A DNA stretch of 64,000 nucleotides from Nemertoderma westbladi. Lineage: Eukaryota > Animalia > Xenacoelomorpha. This document shows positions 36,201 to 51,200 of this stretch, piece after piece. A model generated the notes under the pieces. That model saw nothing but the letters and a program-made list of their open reading frames with translations, did no database searches and was not told the origin of the DNA. The stretch spans positions 1-64,000 of the forward strand of contig JAUCBJ010003662.1 in the NCBI GenBank assembly GCA_032718475.1. Reading direction: 5' to 3'. Numbering within the stretch: position 1 is the stretch's first letter; each line of letters begins with the position of its first letter. Both the position numbers and the translations under genes were made by a program.

Positions 36201-39200
36201 TGGTTCTGTTGTTTGTTTGCTCACATGTTCAGTTGTATTACGTGGTTCTGTTGTTTGTTTGCTCACCTGTTCAGTTGTATTACGTGGTTCTGTTGTTTGT
36301 TTGCTCACCTGTTTAGTTTTTGTTTGCTCACCTGTTCAGTTTTATTACGTGGTTCTGTTGTTTGTTTACTCACCTCTTTACTTTTTGTTTGCTCACCTGT
36401 TCAGTTGTATTACGTGGTTCTGTTGTTTGTTTGCTCACCTGTTCAGTTTTATTACGTGGTTCTGTTGTTTGTTTGCTCACCTGTTCAGTTTTATTACGTG
36501 GTTCTGTTGTTTGTTTGCTCACCTGTTCAGTTGTATTACGTGGTTCTGTTGTTTGTTTGCTCACCTGTTCAGTTTTATTACGTGGTTCTGTTGTTTGTTT
36601 GCTCACCTGTTCAGTTGTATTACGTGGTTCTGTTGTTTGTTTGCTCACCTGTTCAGTTGTATTACGTGGTTCTGTTGTTTGTTTGCTCACCTGTTCAGTT
36701 TTATTACGTGGTTCGGTTGTTTGTTTGCTCACCTGTTCAGTTTTATTACGTGGTTCTGTTGTTTGTTTGCTCACCTGTTCAGTTGTATTACGTGGTTCTG
36801 TTGTTTGTTTGCTCACCTGTTCAGTTGTATTACGTGGTTCTGTTGTTTGTTTGCTCACCTGTTCAGTTTTATTACGTGGTTCTCTTGCTTGTTTGCTCAC
36901 CTGTTCAGTTTTATAACGTGGTTCTGTTGTTTGTTTGCTCACCTGTTCAGTTGTATTACGTGGTTCTGTTGTTTGTTTGCTCACCTGTTCAGTTTTATTA
37001 CGTGGTTCTGTTGTTTGTTTACTCACCTGTTCAGTTGTATTACGTGGTTCTGTTGTTTGTTTGCTCACCTGTTCAGTTGTATTACGTGGTTCTGTTGTTT
37101 GTTTGCTCACCTGTTCAGTTGTATTACGTGGTTCTGTTGTTTGTTTGCTCACCTGTTCAGTTTTATTACGTGGTTCTGTTGTTTGTTTGCTCACCTGTTC
37201 AGTTGTATTACGTGGTTCTGTTGTTTGTTTGCTCACCTGTTTAGTTTTTGTTTGCTCACCTGTTCAGTTTTATTACGTGGTTCTGTTGTTTGTTTACTCA
37301 CCTCTTTACTTTTTGTTTGCTCACCTGTTCAGTTGTATTACGTGGTTCTGTTGTTTGTTTGCTCACCTGTTCAGTTTTATTACGTGGTTCTGTTGTTTGT
37401 TTGCTCACCTGTTCAGTTTTATTACGTGGTTCTGTTGTTTGTTTGCTCACCTGTTCAGTTGTATTACGTGGTTCTGTTGTTTGTTTGCTCACCTGTTCAG
37501 TTTTATTACGTGGTTCTGTTGTTTGTTTGCTCACCTGTTCAGTTGTATTACGTGGTTCTGTTGTTTGTTTGCTCACCTGTTCAGTTGTATTACGTGGTTC
37601 TGTTGTTTGTTTGCTCACCTGTTCAGTTTTATTACGTGGTTCGGTTGTTTGTTTGCTCACCTGTTCAGTTTTATTACGTGGTTCTGTTGTTTGTTTGCTC
37701 ACCTGTTCAGTTGTATTACGTGGTTCTGTTGTTTGTTTGCTCACCTGTTCAGTTGTATTACGTGGTTCTGTTGTTTGTTTGCTCACCTGTTCAGTTTTAT
37801 TACGTGGTTCTCTTGCTTGTTTGCTCACCTGTTCAGTTTTATAACGTGGTTCTGTTGTTTGTTTGCTCACCTGTTCAGTTGTATTACGTGGTTCTGTTGT
37901 TTGTTTGCTCACCTGTTCAGTTATATTACGTGGTTCTGTTGTTTGTTTGCTCACCTGTTCAGTTTTATTACGTGGTTCCGTTGTTTGTTTGCTCACCTGT
38001 TCAGTTTTATTACGTGGTTCTGTTGTTTGTTTGCTCACATGTTCAGTTGTATTACGTGGTTCTGTTGTTTGTTTGCTCACCTGTTCAGTTTTATTACGTG
38101 GTTCTGTTGTTTGTTTGCTCACCTGTTCAGTTTTATTACGTGGTTCTGTTGTTTGTTTGCTCACCTGTTCAGTTGTATTACGTGGTTCTGTTGTTTGTTT
38201 GCTCACCTGTTCAGTTATATTACGTGGTTCTGTTGTTTGTTTGCTCACCTGTTCAGTTATATTACGTGGTTCTGTTGTTTGTTTGCTCACCTGTTCAGTT
38301 GTATTACGTGGTTCTGTTGTTTGTTTGCTCACCTGTTCAGTTGTATTACGTGGTTCTGTTGTTTGTTTGCTCACCTGTTCAGTTTTATTACGTGGTTCTG
38401 TTGTTTGTTTGCTCACCTGTTCAGTTTTATTACGTGGTTCTGTTGTTTGTTTGCTCACCTGTTCAGTTGTATTACGTGGTTCTGTTGTTTGTTTGCTCAC
38501 CTGTTCAGTTTTATTACGTGGTTCTGTTGTTTGTTTGCTCACCTGTTCAGTTGTATTACGTGGTTCTGTTGTTTGTTTGCTCACCTGTTCAGTTTTATTA
38601 CGTGGTTCTGTTGTTTGTTTGCTCACCTGTTCAGTTGTATTACGTGGTTCTGTTGTTTGTTTGCTCACCTGTTCAGTTGTATTACGTGGTTCTGTTGTTT
38701 GTTTGCTCACCTGTTCAGTTGTATTACGTGGTTCTGTTGTTTGTTTGCTCACCTGTTCAGTTTTATTACGTGGTTCGGTTGTTTGTTTGCTCACCTGTTC
38801 AGTTTTATTACGTGGTTCTGTTGTTTGTTTGCTCACCTGTTCAGTTGTATTACGTGGTTCTGTTGTTTGTTTGCTCACCTGTTCAGTTGTATTACGTGGT
38901 TCTGTTGTTTGTTTGCTCACCTGTTCAGTTTTATTACGTGGTTCTCTTGCTTGTTTGCTCACCTGTTCAGTTTTATAACGTGGTTCTGTTGTTTGTTTGA
39001 TCACCTGTTCAGTTGTATTACGTGGTTCTGTTGTTTGTTTGCTCACCTGTTCAGTTATATTACGTGGTTCTGTTGTTTGTTTGCTCACCTGTTCAGTTTT
39101 ATTACGTGGTTCCGTTGTTTGTTTGCTCACCTGTTCAGTTTTATTACGTGGTTCTGTTGTTTGTTTGCTCACATGTTCAGTTGTATTACGTGGTTCTGTT

Positions 39201-42200
39201 GTTTGTTTGCTCACCTGTTCAGTTTTATTACGTGGTTCTGTTGTTTGTTTGCTCACCTGTTCAGTTTTATTACGTGGTTCTGTTGTTTGTTTGCTCACCT
39301 GTTCAGTTGTATTACGTGGTTCTGTTGTTTGTTTGCTCACCTGTTCAGTTATATTACGTGGTTCTGTTGTTTGTTTGCTCACCTGTTCAGTTATATTACG
39401 TGGTTCTGTTGTTTGTTTGCTCACCTGTTCAGTTGTATTACGTGGTTCTGTTGTTTGTTTGCTCACCTGTTCAGTTTTATTACGTGGTTCTGTTGTTTGT
39501 TTGCTCACCTGTTCAGTTATATTACGTGGGTCTGTTGTTTGTTTGCTCACCTGTTCAGTTGTACATGTATTCCATGGTTCTGTTGTTTGTTTGCTCACCT
39601 GTTCAGGTTTTTTACGTGGTTCTGTTGTTTGTTTGCTCACCTGTTCAGTTGTATTACGTGGTTCTGTTGTTTGTTTGCTCACCTGTTCAGTTGTATTACG
39701 TGGTTCTGTTGTTTGTTTGCTCACCTGTTCAGTTGTATTACGTGGTTCTGTTGTTTGTTTGCTCACCTGTTCAGTTTTATTACGTGGTTCTGTTGTTTGT
39801 TTGCTCAGCTGTTCAGTTATATTACGTGGTTCTGTTGTTTGTTTGCTCACCTGTTCAGTTATATTACGTGGTTCTGTTGTTTGTTTGCTCACCTGTTCAG
39901 TTTTATTACGTGGTTCTGTTGTTTGTTTGCTCACCTGTTCAGTTTTATAACGTGGTTCTGTTGTTTGTTTGCTCACCTGTTCAGTTGTATTACGTGGTTC
40001 TGTTGTTTGTTTGCTCACCTGTTCAGTTATATTACGTGGTTCTGTTGTTTGTTTGCTCACCTGTTCAGTTTTATTACGTGGTTCCGTTGTTTGTTTGCTC
40101 ACCTGTTCAGTTTTATTACGTGGTTCTGTTGTTTGTTTGCTCACATGTTCAGTTGTATTACGTGGTTCTGTTGTTTGTTTGCTCACCTGTTCAGTTTTAT
40201 TACGTGGTTCTGTTGTTTGTTTGCTCACCTGTTCAGTTTTATTACGTGGTTCTGTTGTTTGTTTGCTCACCTGTTCAGTTGTATTACGTGGTTCTGTTGT
40301 TTGTTTGCTCACCTGTTCAGTTATATTACGTGGTTCTGTTGTTTGTTTGCTCACCTGTTCAGTTATATTACGTGGTTCTGTTGTTTGTTTGCTCACCTGT
40401 TCAGTTGTATTACGTGGTTCTGTTGTTTGTTTGCTCACCTGTTCAGTTGTATTACGTGGTTCTGTTGTTTGTTTGCTCACCTGTTCAGTTTTATTACGTG
40501 GTTCTGTTGTTTGTTTGCTCACCTGTTCAGTTTTATTACGTGGTTCTGTTGTTTGTTTGCTCACCTGTTCAGTTGTATTACGTGGTTCTGTTGTTTGTTT
40601 GCTCACCTGTTCAGTTTTATTACGTGGTTCTGTTGTTTGTTTGCTCACCTGTTCAGTTGTATTACGTGGTTCTGTTGTTTGTTTGCTCACCTGTTCAGTT
40701 GTATTACGTGGTTCTGTTGTTTGTTTGCTCACCTGTTCAGTTTTATTACGTGGTTCGGTTGTTTGTTTGCTCACCTGTTCAGTTTTATTACGTGGTTCTG
40801 TTGTTTGTTTGCTCACCTGTTCAGTTGTATTACGTGGTTCTGTTGTTTGTTTGCTCACCTGTTCAGTTGTATTACGTGGTTCTGTTGTTTGTTTGCTCAC
40901 CTGTTCAGTTTTATTACGTGGTTCTCTTGCTTGTTTGCTCACCTGTTCAGTTTTATAACGTGGTTCTGTTGTTTGTTTGCTCACCTGTTCAGTTGTATTA
41001 CGTGGTTCTGTTGTTTGTTTGCTCACCTGTTCAGTTATATTACGTGGTTCTGTTGTTTGTTTGCTCACCTGTTCAGTTTTATTACGTGGTTCCGTTGTTT
41101 GTTTGCTCACCTGTTCAGTTTTATTACGTGGTTCTGTTGTTTGTTTGCTCACATGTTCAGTTGTATTACGTGGTTCTGTTGTTTGTTTGCTCACCTGTTC
41201 AGTTTTATTACGTGGTTCTGTTGTTTGTTTGCTCACCTGTTCAGTTTTATTACGTGGTTCTGTTGTTTGTTTGCTCACCTGTTCAGTTGTATTACGTGGT
41301 TCTGTTGTTTGTTTGCTCACCTGTTCAGTTATATTACGTGGTTCTGTTGTTTGTTTGCTCACCTGTTCAGTTATATTACGTGGTTCTGTTGTTTGTTTGC
41401 TCACCTGTTCAGTTGTATTACGTGGTTCTGTTGTTTGTTTGCTCACCTGTTCAGTTTTATTACGTGGTTCTGTTGTTTGTTTGCTCACCTGTTCAGTTAT
41501 ATTACGTGGGTCTGTTGTTTGTTTGCTCACCTGTTCAGTTGTACATGTATTCCATGGTTCTGTTGTTTGTTTGCTCACCTGTTCAGGTTTTTTACGTGGT
41601 TCTGTTGTTTGTTTGCTCACCTGTTCAGTTGTATTACGTGGTTCTGTTGTTTGTTTGCTCACCTGTTCAGTTGTATTACGTGGTTCTGTTGTTTGTTTGC
41701 TCACCTGTTCAGTTGTATTACGTGGTTCTGTTGTTTGTTTGCTCACCTGTTCAGTTTTATTACGTGGTTCTGTTGTTTGTTTGCTCAGCTGTTCAGTTAT
41801 ATTACGTGGTTCTGTTGTTTGTTTGCTCACCTGTTCAGTTATATTACGTGGTTCTGTTGTTTGTTTGCTCACCTGTTCAGTTTTATTACGTGGTTCTGTT
41901 GTTTGTTTGCTCACCTGTTCAGTTATATTACGTGGTTCTGTTGTTTGTTTGCTCACCTGTTCAGTTGTATTACGTGGTTCTGTTGTTTGTTTGCTCACCT
42001 GTTCAGTTTTATTACGTGGTTCTGTTGTTTGTTTGCTCACCTGTTCAGTTGTATTACGTGGTTCTGTTGTTTGTTTGCTCACCTGTTCAGTTTTATTACG
42101 TGGTTCTGTTGTTTGTTTGCTCACCTGTTCAGTTTTATAACGTGGTTCTGTTGTTTGTTTGCTCACCTGTTCAGTTGTATTACGTGGTTCTGTTGTTAGT

Positions 42201-45200
42201 TTGCTCACCTTTTCAGTTTTATTACGTGGTTCTGTTGTTTGTTTGCTCACCTGTTCAGTTTTATTACGTGGTTCTGTTGTTTGTTTGCTCACCTGTTCAG
42301 TTGTATTACGTGGTTCTGCTGTTTGTTTGCTCACCTGTTCAGTTTTATTACGTGGTTCTGTTGTTTGTTTGCTCATCTGTTCAGTTTTATTACGTGGTTC
42401 TGTTGTTTGTTTGCTCACCTGTTCAGTTTTATTACGTGGTTCTGTTGTTTGTTTGCTCACCTGTTCAGTTGTATTACGTGGTTCTGATGTTTGTTTACTC
42501 ACCTGTTTAGTTTTTGTTTGCTCACCTGTTCAGTTTTATTACGTGGTTCTGTTGTTTGTTTACTCACCTGTTTAGTTTTTGTTTGCTCACCTGTTCAGTT
42601 GTATTACGTGGTTCTGTTGTTTGTTTGCTCACCTGTTCAGTTTTATTACGTGGTTCTGTTGTTTGTTTGCTCACCTGTTCAGTTTTATTACGTGGTTCTG
42701 TTGTTTGTTTGCTCACCTGTTCAGTTGTAATACGTGGTTCTGTTGTTTGTTTGCTCACCTGTTCAGTTGTATTACGTGGTTCTGTTGTTTGTTTGCTCAC
42801 CTGTTCAGGTTTTTTTTACGTGGTTCTGTTGTTTGTTTGCTCACCTGTTCAGTTGTATTACGTGGTTCTGTTGTTTGTTTGCTCACCTGTTCAGTTTTAT
42901 TACGTGGTTCTGTTGTTTGTTTGCTCACCTGTTCAGTTGTAATACGTGGTTCTGTTGTTTGTTTGCTCACCTGTTCAGTTGTATTACGTGGTTCTGTTGT
43001 TTGTTTGCTCACCTGTTCAGGTTTTTTTTACGTGGTTCTGTTGTTTGTTTGCTCACCTGTTCAGTTGTATTACGTGGTTCTATTGTTTGTTTGCTCACCT
43101 GTTCAGTTGTATTACGTGGTTCTGTTGTTTGTTTGCTCACCTGTTCAGTTGTATTACGTGGTTCTGTTGTTTGTTTGCTCACCTGTTCAGTTTTATTACG
43201 TGGTTCTGTTGTTTGTTTGCTCACCTGTTCAGTTGTATTACGTGGTTCTGTTGTTTGTTTGCTCACCTGTTCAGTTGTATTACGTGGTTCTGCTGATTGT
43301 TTGCTCACCTGTTCAGTTGTATTACGTGGTTCTGTTGTTTGTTTGCTCACCTGTTCAGTTGTATTACGTGGTTCTGTTGTTTGTTTGCTCACCTGTTCAG
43401 TTTTATTACGTGGTTCTGTTGTTTGTTTGCTCACCTGTTCAGTTGTATTACGTGGTTCTGTTGTTTGTTTGCTCACCTGTTCAGTTGTATTACGTGGTTC
43501 TGCTGTTTGTTTGCTCACCTGTTCAGTTGTATTACGTGGTTCTGTTGTTTGTTTGCTCACCTGTTCAGTTTTATTACGTGGTTCTGTTGTTTGTTTACTC
43601 ACCTGTTCAGTTGTATTACGTGGTTCTGTTGTTTGTTTGCTCACCTGTTCAGTTGTATTACGTGGTTCTGTTGTTTGTTTGCTCACCTGTTCAGTTGTAT
43701 TACGTGGTTCTGTTGTTTGTTTGCTCACCTGTTCAGTTTTATTACGTGGTTCTGTTGTTTGTTTGCTCACCTGTTCAGTTGTATTACGTGGTTCTGTTGT
43801 TTGTTTGCTCACCTGTTTAGTTTTTGTTTGCTCACCTGTTCAGTTTTATTACGTGGTTCTGTTGTTTGTTTACTCACCTCTTTACTTTTTGTTTGCTCAC
43901 CTGTTCAGTTGTATTACGTGGTTCTGTTGTTTGTTTGCTCACCTGTTCAGTTTTATTACGTGGTTCTGTTGTTTGTTTGCTCACCTGTTCAGTTTTATTA
44001 CGTGGTTCTGTTGTTTGTTTGCTCACCTGTTCAGTTGTATTACGTGGTTCTGTTGTTTGTTTGCTCACCTGTTCAGTTTTATTACGTGGTTCTGTTGTTT
44101 GTTTGCTCACCTGTTCAGTTGTATTACGTGGTTCTGTTGTTTGTTTGCTCACCTGTTCAGTTGTATTACGTGGTTCTGTTGTTTGTTTGCTCACCTGTTC
44201 AGTTTTATTACGTGGTTCGGTTGTTTGTTTGCTCACCTGTTCAGTTTTATTACGTGGTTCTGTTGTTTGTTTGCTCACCTGTTCAGTTGTATTACGTGGT
44301 TCTGTTGTTTGTTTGCTCACCTGTTCAGTTGTATTACGTGGTTCTGTTGTTTGTTTGCTCACCTGTTCAGTTGTATTACGTGGTTCTGTTGTTTGTTTGC
44401 TCACCTGTTCAGTTTTATTACGTGGTTCTGTTGTTTGTTTGCTCACCTGTTCAGTTATATTACGTGGTTCTGTTGTTTGTTTGCTCACCTGTTCAGTTAT
44501 ATTACGTGGTTCTGTTGTTTGTTTGCTCACCTGTTCAGTTTTATTACGTGGTTCTGTTGTTTGTTTGCTCACCTGTTCAGTTGTATTACGTGGTTCTGTT
44601 GTTTGTTTGCTCACCTGTTCCGTTATATTACGTGGTTCTGTTGTTTGTTTGCTCACCTGTTCAGTTGTATTAGGTGGTTCTGTTGTTTGTTTGCTCACCT
44701 GTTCAGTTTTATTACGTGGTTCTGTTGTTTGTTTGCTCACCTGTTCAGTTGTATTACGTGGTTCTGTTGTTTGTTTGCTCACCTGTTCAGTTTTATTACG
44801 TGGTTCTCTTGCTTGTTTGCTCACCTGTTCAGTTTTATAACGTGGTTCTGTTGTTTGTTTGCTCACCTGTTCAGTTTATTACGTGGTTCTGTTGTTTGTT
44901 TGCTCACCTGTTCAGTTTTATTACGTGGTTCTGTTGTTTGTTTTCTCACCTGTTCAGTTGTATTACGTGGTTCTGTTGTTTGTTTGCTCACCTGTTCAGT
45001 TGTATTACGTGGTTCTGTTGTTTGTTTGCTCACCTGTTCAGTTTTATTACGTGGTTCTGTTGTTTGTTTGCTCACCTGTTCAGTTTTATTACGTGGTTCT
45101 GTTGTTTGTTTGCTCACCTGTTCAGTTGTATTACGTGGTTCTGTTGTTTGTTTGCTCACCTGTTCAGTTATATTACGTGGTTCTGTTGTTTGTTTGCTCA

Positions 45201-48200
45201 CCTGTTCAGTTTTATTACGTGGTTCTGTTGTTTGTTTGCTCACCTGTTCAGTTGTATTACGTGGTTCTGTTGTTTGTTTGCTCACCTGTTCAGTTTTATT
45301 ACGTGGTTCTCTTGCTTGTTTGCTCACCTGTTCAGTTTTATTACGTGGTTCTGTTGTTTGTTTGCTCACCTGTTCAGTTGTATTACGTGGTTCTGTTGTT
45401 TGTTTGCTCACCTGTTTAGTTTTTGTTTGCTCACCTGTTCAGTTTTATTACGTGGTTCTGTTGTTTGTTTGCTCACCTGTTCAGTTGTATTACGTGGTTC
45501 TGTTGTTTGTTTGCTCACCTGTTCAGTTTTATTACGTGGTTCTGTTGTTTGTTTGCTCACCTGTTCAGTTGTATTACGTGGTTCTGTTGGTTCAGTTTTA
45601 TTACGTGGTTCTGTTGTTTGTTTACTCACCTGTTTAGTTTTTGTTTGCTCACCTGTTCAGTTGTATTACATGGTTCTGTTGTTTGTTTGCTCACCTGTTC
45701 AGTTTTATTACGTGGTTCTGTTGTTTGTTTGCTCACCTGTTTAGTTTTTGTTTGCTTACCTGTTCAGTTTTATTACGTGGTTCTGTTGTTTGTTTGCTCA
45801 CCTGTTCAGTTTTATTACGTGGTTCTGTTGTTTGTTTGCTCACCTGTTCAGTTTTATTACGTGGTTCTGTTGTTTGTTTGCTCACCTGTTCAGTTGTATT
45901 ACGTGGTTCTGTTGTTTGTTTGCTCTCCTGTTCAGTTGTATTACGTGGTTCTGTTGTTTGTTTGCTCACCTGTTCAGTTGTATTACGTGGTTCTGTTGTT
46001 TGTTTGCTCACCTGTTCAGTTTTATTACGTGGTTCTGTTGTTTGTTTGCTCACCTGTTCAGTTGTATTACGTGGTTCTGTTGTTTGTTTGCTCACCTGTT
46101 CAGTTTTATTACGTGGTTCTGTTGTTTGTTTGCTCACCTGTTCAGTTGTATTACGTGGTTCTGTTGTTTGTTTGCTCACCTGTTCAGTTTTATTACGTGG
46201 TTCTGTTGTTTGTTTACTCACCTGTTTAGTTTTTGTTTGCTCACCTGTTCAGTTGTATTACGTGGTTCTGTTGTTTGTTTGCTCACCTGTTCAGTTTTAT
46301 TACGTGGTTCTGTTGTTTGTTTGCTCACCTGTTTAGTTTTTGTTTGCTCACCTGTTCAGTTTTATTACGTGGTTCTGTTGTTTGTTTGCTCACCTGTTCA
46401 GTTTTATTACGTGGTTCTGTTGTTTGTTTGCTCACCTGTTTAGTTTTTGTTTGCTCACCTATTCAGTTTTATTACGTGGTTCTGTTGTTTGTTTGCTCAC
46501 CTGTTTAGTTTTTGTTTGCTCACCTGTTCAGTTTTATTACGTGGTTCTGTTGTTTGTTTGCTCACCTGTTCAGTTTTATTACGTGGTTCTGTTGTTTGTT
46601 TGCTCACCTGTTTAGTTTTTGTTTGCTCACCTGTTCAGTTTTATTACGTGGTTCTGTTGTTTGTTTGCTCACCTGTTCAGTTTTATTACGTGGTTCTGTT
46701 GTTTGTTTGCTCACCTGTTTAGTTTTTGTTTGCTCACCTGTTCAGTTTTATTACGTGGTTCTGTTGTTTGTTTGCTCACCTGTTCAGTTTTTGTTTGCTC
46801 ACCTGTTCAGTTTTATTACGTGGTTCTGTTGTTTGTTTGCTCACCTGTTCAGTTTTATTACGTGGTTCTGTTGTTTGTTTGCTCACCTGTTTAGTTTTTG
46901 TTTGCTCACCTGTTCAGTTTTATTACGTGGTTCTGTTGTTTGTTTGCTCACCTGTTCAGTTTTATTACGTGGTTCTGTTGTTTGTGTGCTCACCTGTTCA
47001 GTTTTATTACGTGGTTCTGTTGTTTGTTTGCTCACCTGTTCAGTTTTACTACGTGGTTCTGTTGTTTGTTTGCTCACCTGTTTAGTTTTTGTTTGCTCAC
47101 CTGTTCAGTTGTATTACGTGGTTCTGTTGTTTGTTTGCTCACCTGTTCAGTTTTATTACGTGGTTCTGTTGTTTGTTTACTCACCTGTTTAGTTTTTGTT
47201 TGCTCACCTGTTCAGTTGTATTACGTGGTTATGTTGTTTGTTTGCTCACCTGTTCAGTTTTATTACGTGGTTCTGTTGTTTGTTTGCTCACCTGTTTAGT
47301 TTTTGTTTGCTCACCTGTTCAGTTTTATTACGTGGTTCTGTTGTTTGTTTGCTCACCTGTTCAGTTTTATTACGTGGTTCTGTTGTTTGTTTGCTCACCT
47401 GTTCAGTTATATTACGTGGTTCTGTTGTTTGTTTGCTCACCTGTTCAGTTTTATTACGTGGTTCTGTTGTTTGTTTGCTCACCTGTTCAGTTGTATTACG
47501 TGGTTCTGTTGTTTGTTTGCTCACCTGTTCCGTTATATTACGTGGTTCTGTTGTTTGTTTGCTCACCTGTTCAGTTTTATTACGTGGTTCTGTTGTTTGT
47601 TTTCTCACCTGTTCAGTTGTATTACGTGGTTCTGTTGTTTGTTTGCTCACCTGTTCAGTTGTATTACGTGGTTCTGTTGTTTGTTTGCTCACCTGTTCAG
47701 TTTTATTACGTGGTTCTGTTGTTTGTTTGCTCACCTGTTCAGTTTTATTACGTGGTTCTGTTGTTTGTTTGCTCACCTGTTCAGTTGTATTACGTGGTTC
47801 TGTTGTTTGTTTGCTCACCTGTTCAGTTATATTACGTGGTTCTGTTGTTTGTTTGCTCACCTGTTCAGTTTTATTACGTGGTTCTGTTGTTTGTTTGCTC
47901 ACCTGTTCAGTTGTATTACGTGGTTCTGTTGTTTGTTTGCTCACCTGTTCAGTTTTATTACGTGGTTCTCTTGCTTGTTTGCTCACCTGTTCAGTTTTAT
48001 TACGTGGTTCTGTTGTTTGTTTGCTCACCTGTTCAGTTGTATTACGTGGTTCTGTTGTTTGTTTGCTCACCTGTTTAGTTTTTGTTTGCTCACCTGTTCA
48101 GTTTTATTACGTGGTTCTGTTGTTTGTTTGCTCACCTGTTCAGTTGTATTACGTGGTTCTGTTGTTTGTTTGCTCACCTGTTCAGTTTTATTACGTGGTT

Positions 48201-51200
48201 CTGTTGTTTGTTTGCTCACCTGTTCAGTTGTATTACGTGGTTCTGTTGGTTCAGTTTTATTACGTGGTTCTGTTGTTTGTTTACTCACCTGTTTAGTTTT
48301 TGTTTGCTCACCTGTTCAGTTGTATTACGTGGTTCTGTTGTTTGTTTGCTCACCTGTTCAGTTTTATTACGTGGTTCTGTTGTTTGTTTGCTCACCTGTT
48401 TAGTTTTTGTTTGCTCACCTGTTCAGTTTTATTACGTGGTTCTGTTGTTTGTTTGCTCACCTGTTCAGTTTTATTACGTGGTTCTGTTGTTTGTTTGCTC
48501 ACCTGTTCAGTTTTATTACGTGGTTCTGTTGTTTGTTTGCTCACCTGTTCAGTTGTATTACGTGGTTCTGTTGTTTGTTTGCTCTCCTGTTCAGTTGTAT
48601 TACGTGGTTCTGTTGTTTGTTTGCTCACCTGTTCAGTTGTATTACGTGGTTCTGTTGTTTGTTTGCTCACCTGTTCAGTTTTATTACGTGGTTCTGTTGT
48701 TTGTTTGCTCACCTGTTCAGTTGTATTACGTGGTTCTGTTGTTTGTTTGCTCACCTGTTCAGTTTTATTACGTGGTTCTGTTGTTTGTTTGCTCACCTGT
48801 TCAGTTGTATTACGTGGTTCTGTTGTTTGTTTGCTCACCTGTTCAGTTTTATTACGTGGTTCTGTTGTTTGTTTACTCACCTGTTTAGTTTTTGTTTGCT
48901 CACCTGTTCAGTTGTATTACGTGGTTCTGTTGTTTGTTTGCTCACCTGTTCAGTTTTATTACGTGGTTCTGTTGTTTGTTTGCTCACCTGTTTAGTTTCT
49001 GTTTGCTCACCTGTTCAGTTTTATTACGTGGTTCTGTTGTTTGTTTGCTCACCTGTTCAGTTTTATTACGTGGTTCTGTTGTTTGTTTGCTCACCTGTTT
49101 AGTTTTTGTTTGCTCACCTGTTCAGTTTTATTACGTGGTTCTGTTGTTTGTTTGCTCACCTGTTTAGTTTTTGTTTGCTCACCTGTTCAGTTTTATTACG
49201 TGGTTCTGTTGTTTGTTTGCTCACCTGTTCAGTTTTATTACGTGGTTCTGTTGTTTGTTTGCTCACCTGTTTAGTTTTTGTTTGCTCACCTGTTCAGTTT
49301 TATTACGTGGTTCTGTTGTTTGTTTGCTCACCTGTTCAGTTTTATTACGTGGTTCTGTTGTTTGTTTGCTCACCTGTTTAGTTTTTGTTTGCTCACCTGT
49401 TCAGTTTTATTACGTGGTTCTGTTGTTTGTTTGCTCACCTGTTCAGTTTTTGTTTGCTCACCTGTTCAGTTTTATTACGTGGTTCTGTTGTTTGTTTGCT
49501 CACCTGTTCAGTTTTATTACGTGGTTCTGTTGTTTGTTTGCTCACCTGTTTAGTTTTTGTTTGCTCACCTGTTCAGTTTTATTACGTGGTTCTGTTGTTT
49601 GTTTGCTCACCTGTTCAGTTTTATTACGTGGTTCTGTTGTTTGTGTGCTCACCTGTTCAGTTTTATTACGTGGTTCTGTTGTTTGTTTGCTCACCTGTTC
49701 AGTTTTATTACGTGGTTCTGTTGTTTGTTTGCTCACCTGTTTAGTTTTTGTTTGCTCACCTGTTCAGTTGTATTACGTGGTTCTGTTGTTTGTTTGCTCA
49801 CCTGTTCAGTTTTATTACGTGGTTCTGTTGTTTGTTTACTCACCTGTTTAGTTTTTGTTTGCTCACCTGTTCAGTTGTATTACGTGGTTCTGTTGTTTGT
49901 TTGCTCACCTGTTCAGTTTTATTACGTGGTTCTGTTGTTTGTTTGCTCACCTGTTTAGTTTTTGTTTGCTCACCTGTTCAGTTTTATTACGTGGTTCTGT
50001 TGTTTGTTTGCTCACCTGTTCAGTTTTATTACGTGGTTCTGTTGTTTGTTTGCTCACCTGTTCAGTTTTATTACGTGGTTCTGTTGTTTGTTTGCTCACC
50101 TGTTCAGTTGTATTACGTGGTTCTGTTGTTTGTTTGCTCACCTGTTCAGTTTTATTACGTGGTTCTGTTGTTTGTTTGCTCACCTGTTCAGTTGTATTAC
50201 GTGGTTCTGTTGTTTGTTTGCTCACCTGTTCAGTTGTATTACGTGGTTCTGTTGTTTGTTTGCTCACCTGTTCAGTTTTATTACGTGGTTCTGTTGTTTG
50301 TTTGCTCACCTGTTCAGTTGTATTACGTGGTTCTGTTGTTTGTTTGCTCACCTGTTCAGTTTTATTACGTGGTTCTGTTGTTTGTTTGCTCACCTGTTCA
50401 GTTGTATTACGTGGTTCTGTTGTTTGTTTGCTCACCTGTTCAGTTTTATTACGTGGTTCTGTTGTTTGTTTACTCACCTGTTTAGTTTTTGTTTGCTCAC
50501 CTGTTCAGTTGTATTACGTGGTTCTGTTGTTTGTTTGCTCACCTGTTCAGTTTTATTACGTGGTTCTGTTGTTTGTTTGCTCACCTGTTCAGTTTTATTA
50601 CGTGGTTCTGTTGTTTGTTTGCTCACCTGTTCAGTTGTATTACGTGGTTCTGTTGTTTGTTTACTCACCTGTTTAGTTTTTGTTTGCTCACCTGTTCAGT
50701 TTTATTACGTGGTTCTGTTGTTTGTTTGCTCACCTGTTCAGTTTTATTACGTGGTTCTGTTGTTTGTTTGCTCACCTGTTCAGTTTTATTACGTGGTTCT
50801 GTTGTTTGTTTGCTCACCTGTTCAGTTGTATTACGTGGTTCTGTTGTTTGTTTGCTCACCTGTTCAGTTTTATTACGTGGTTCTGTTGTTTGTTTGCTCA
50901 CCTGTTCAATTGTATTACGTGGTTCTGTTGTTTGTTTGCTCACCTGTTCAGTTTTATTACGTGGTTCTGTTGTTTGTTTGCTCCCCTGTTCAGTTGTATT
51001 ACGTGGTTCTGCTGTTTGTTTGCTCACCTGTTCAGTTGTATTACGTGGTTCTGTTGTTTGTTTGCTCACCTGTTCAGTTGTAATACGTGGTTCTGTTGTT
51101 TGTTTGCTCACCTGTTCAGTTGTATTACGTGGTTCTGTTGTTTGTTTGCTCACCTGTTCACGTTTTTTTTACGTGGTTCTGTTGTTTGTTTGCTCACCTG

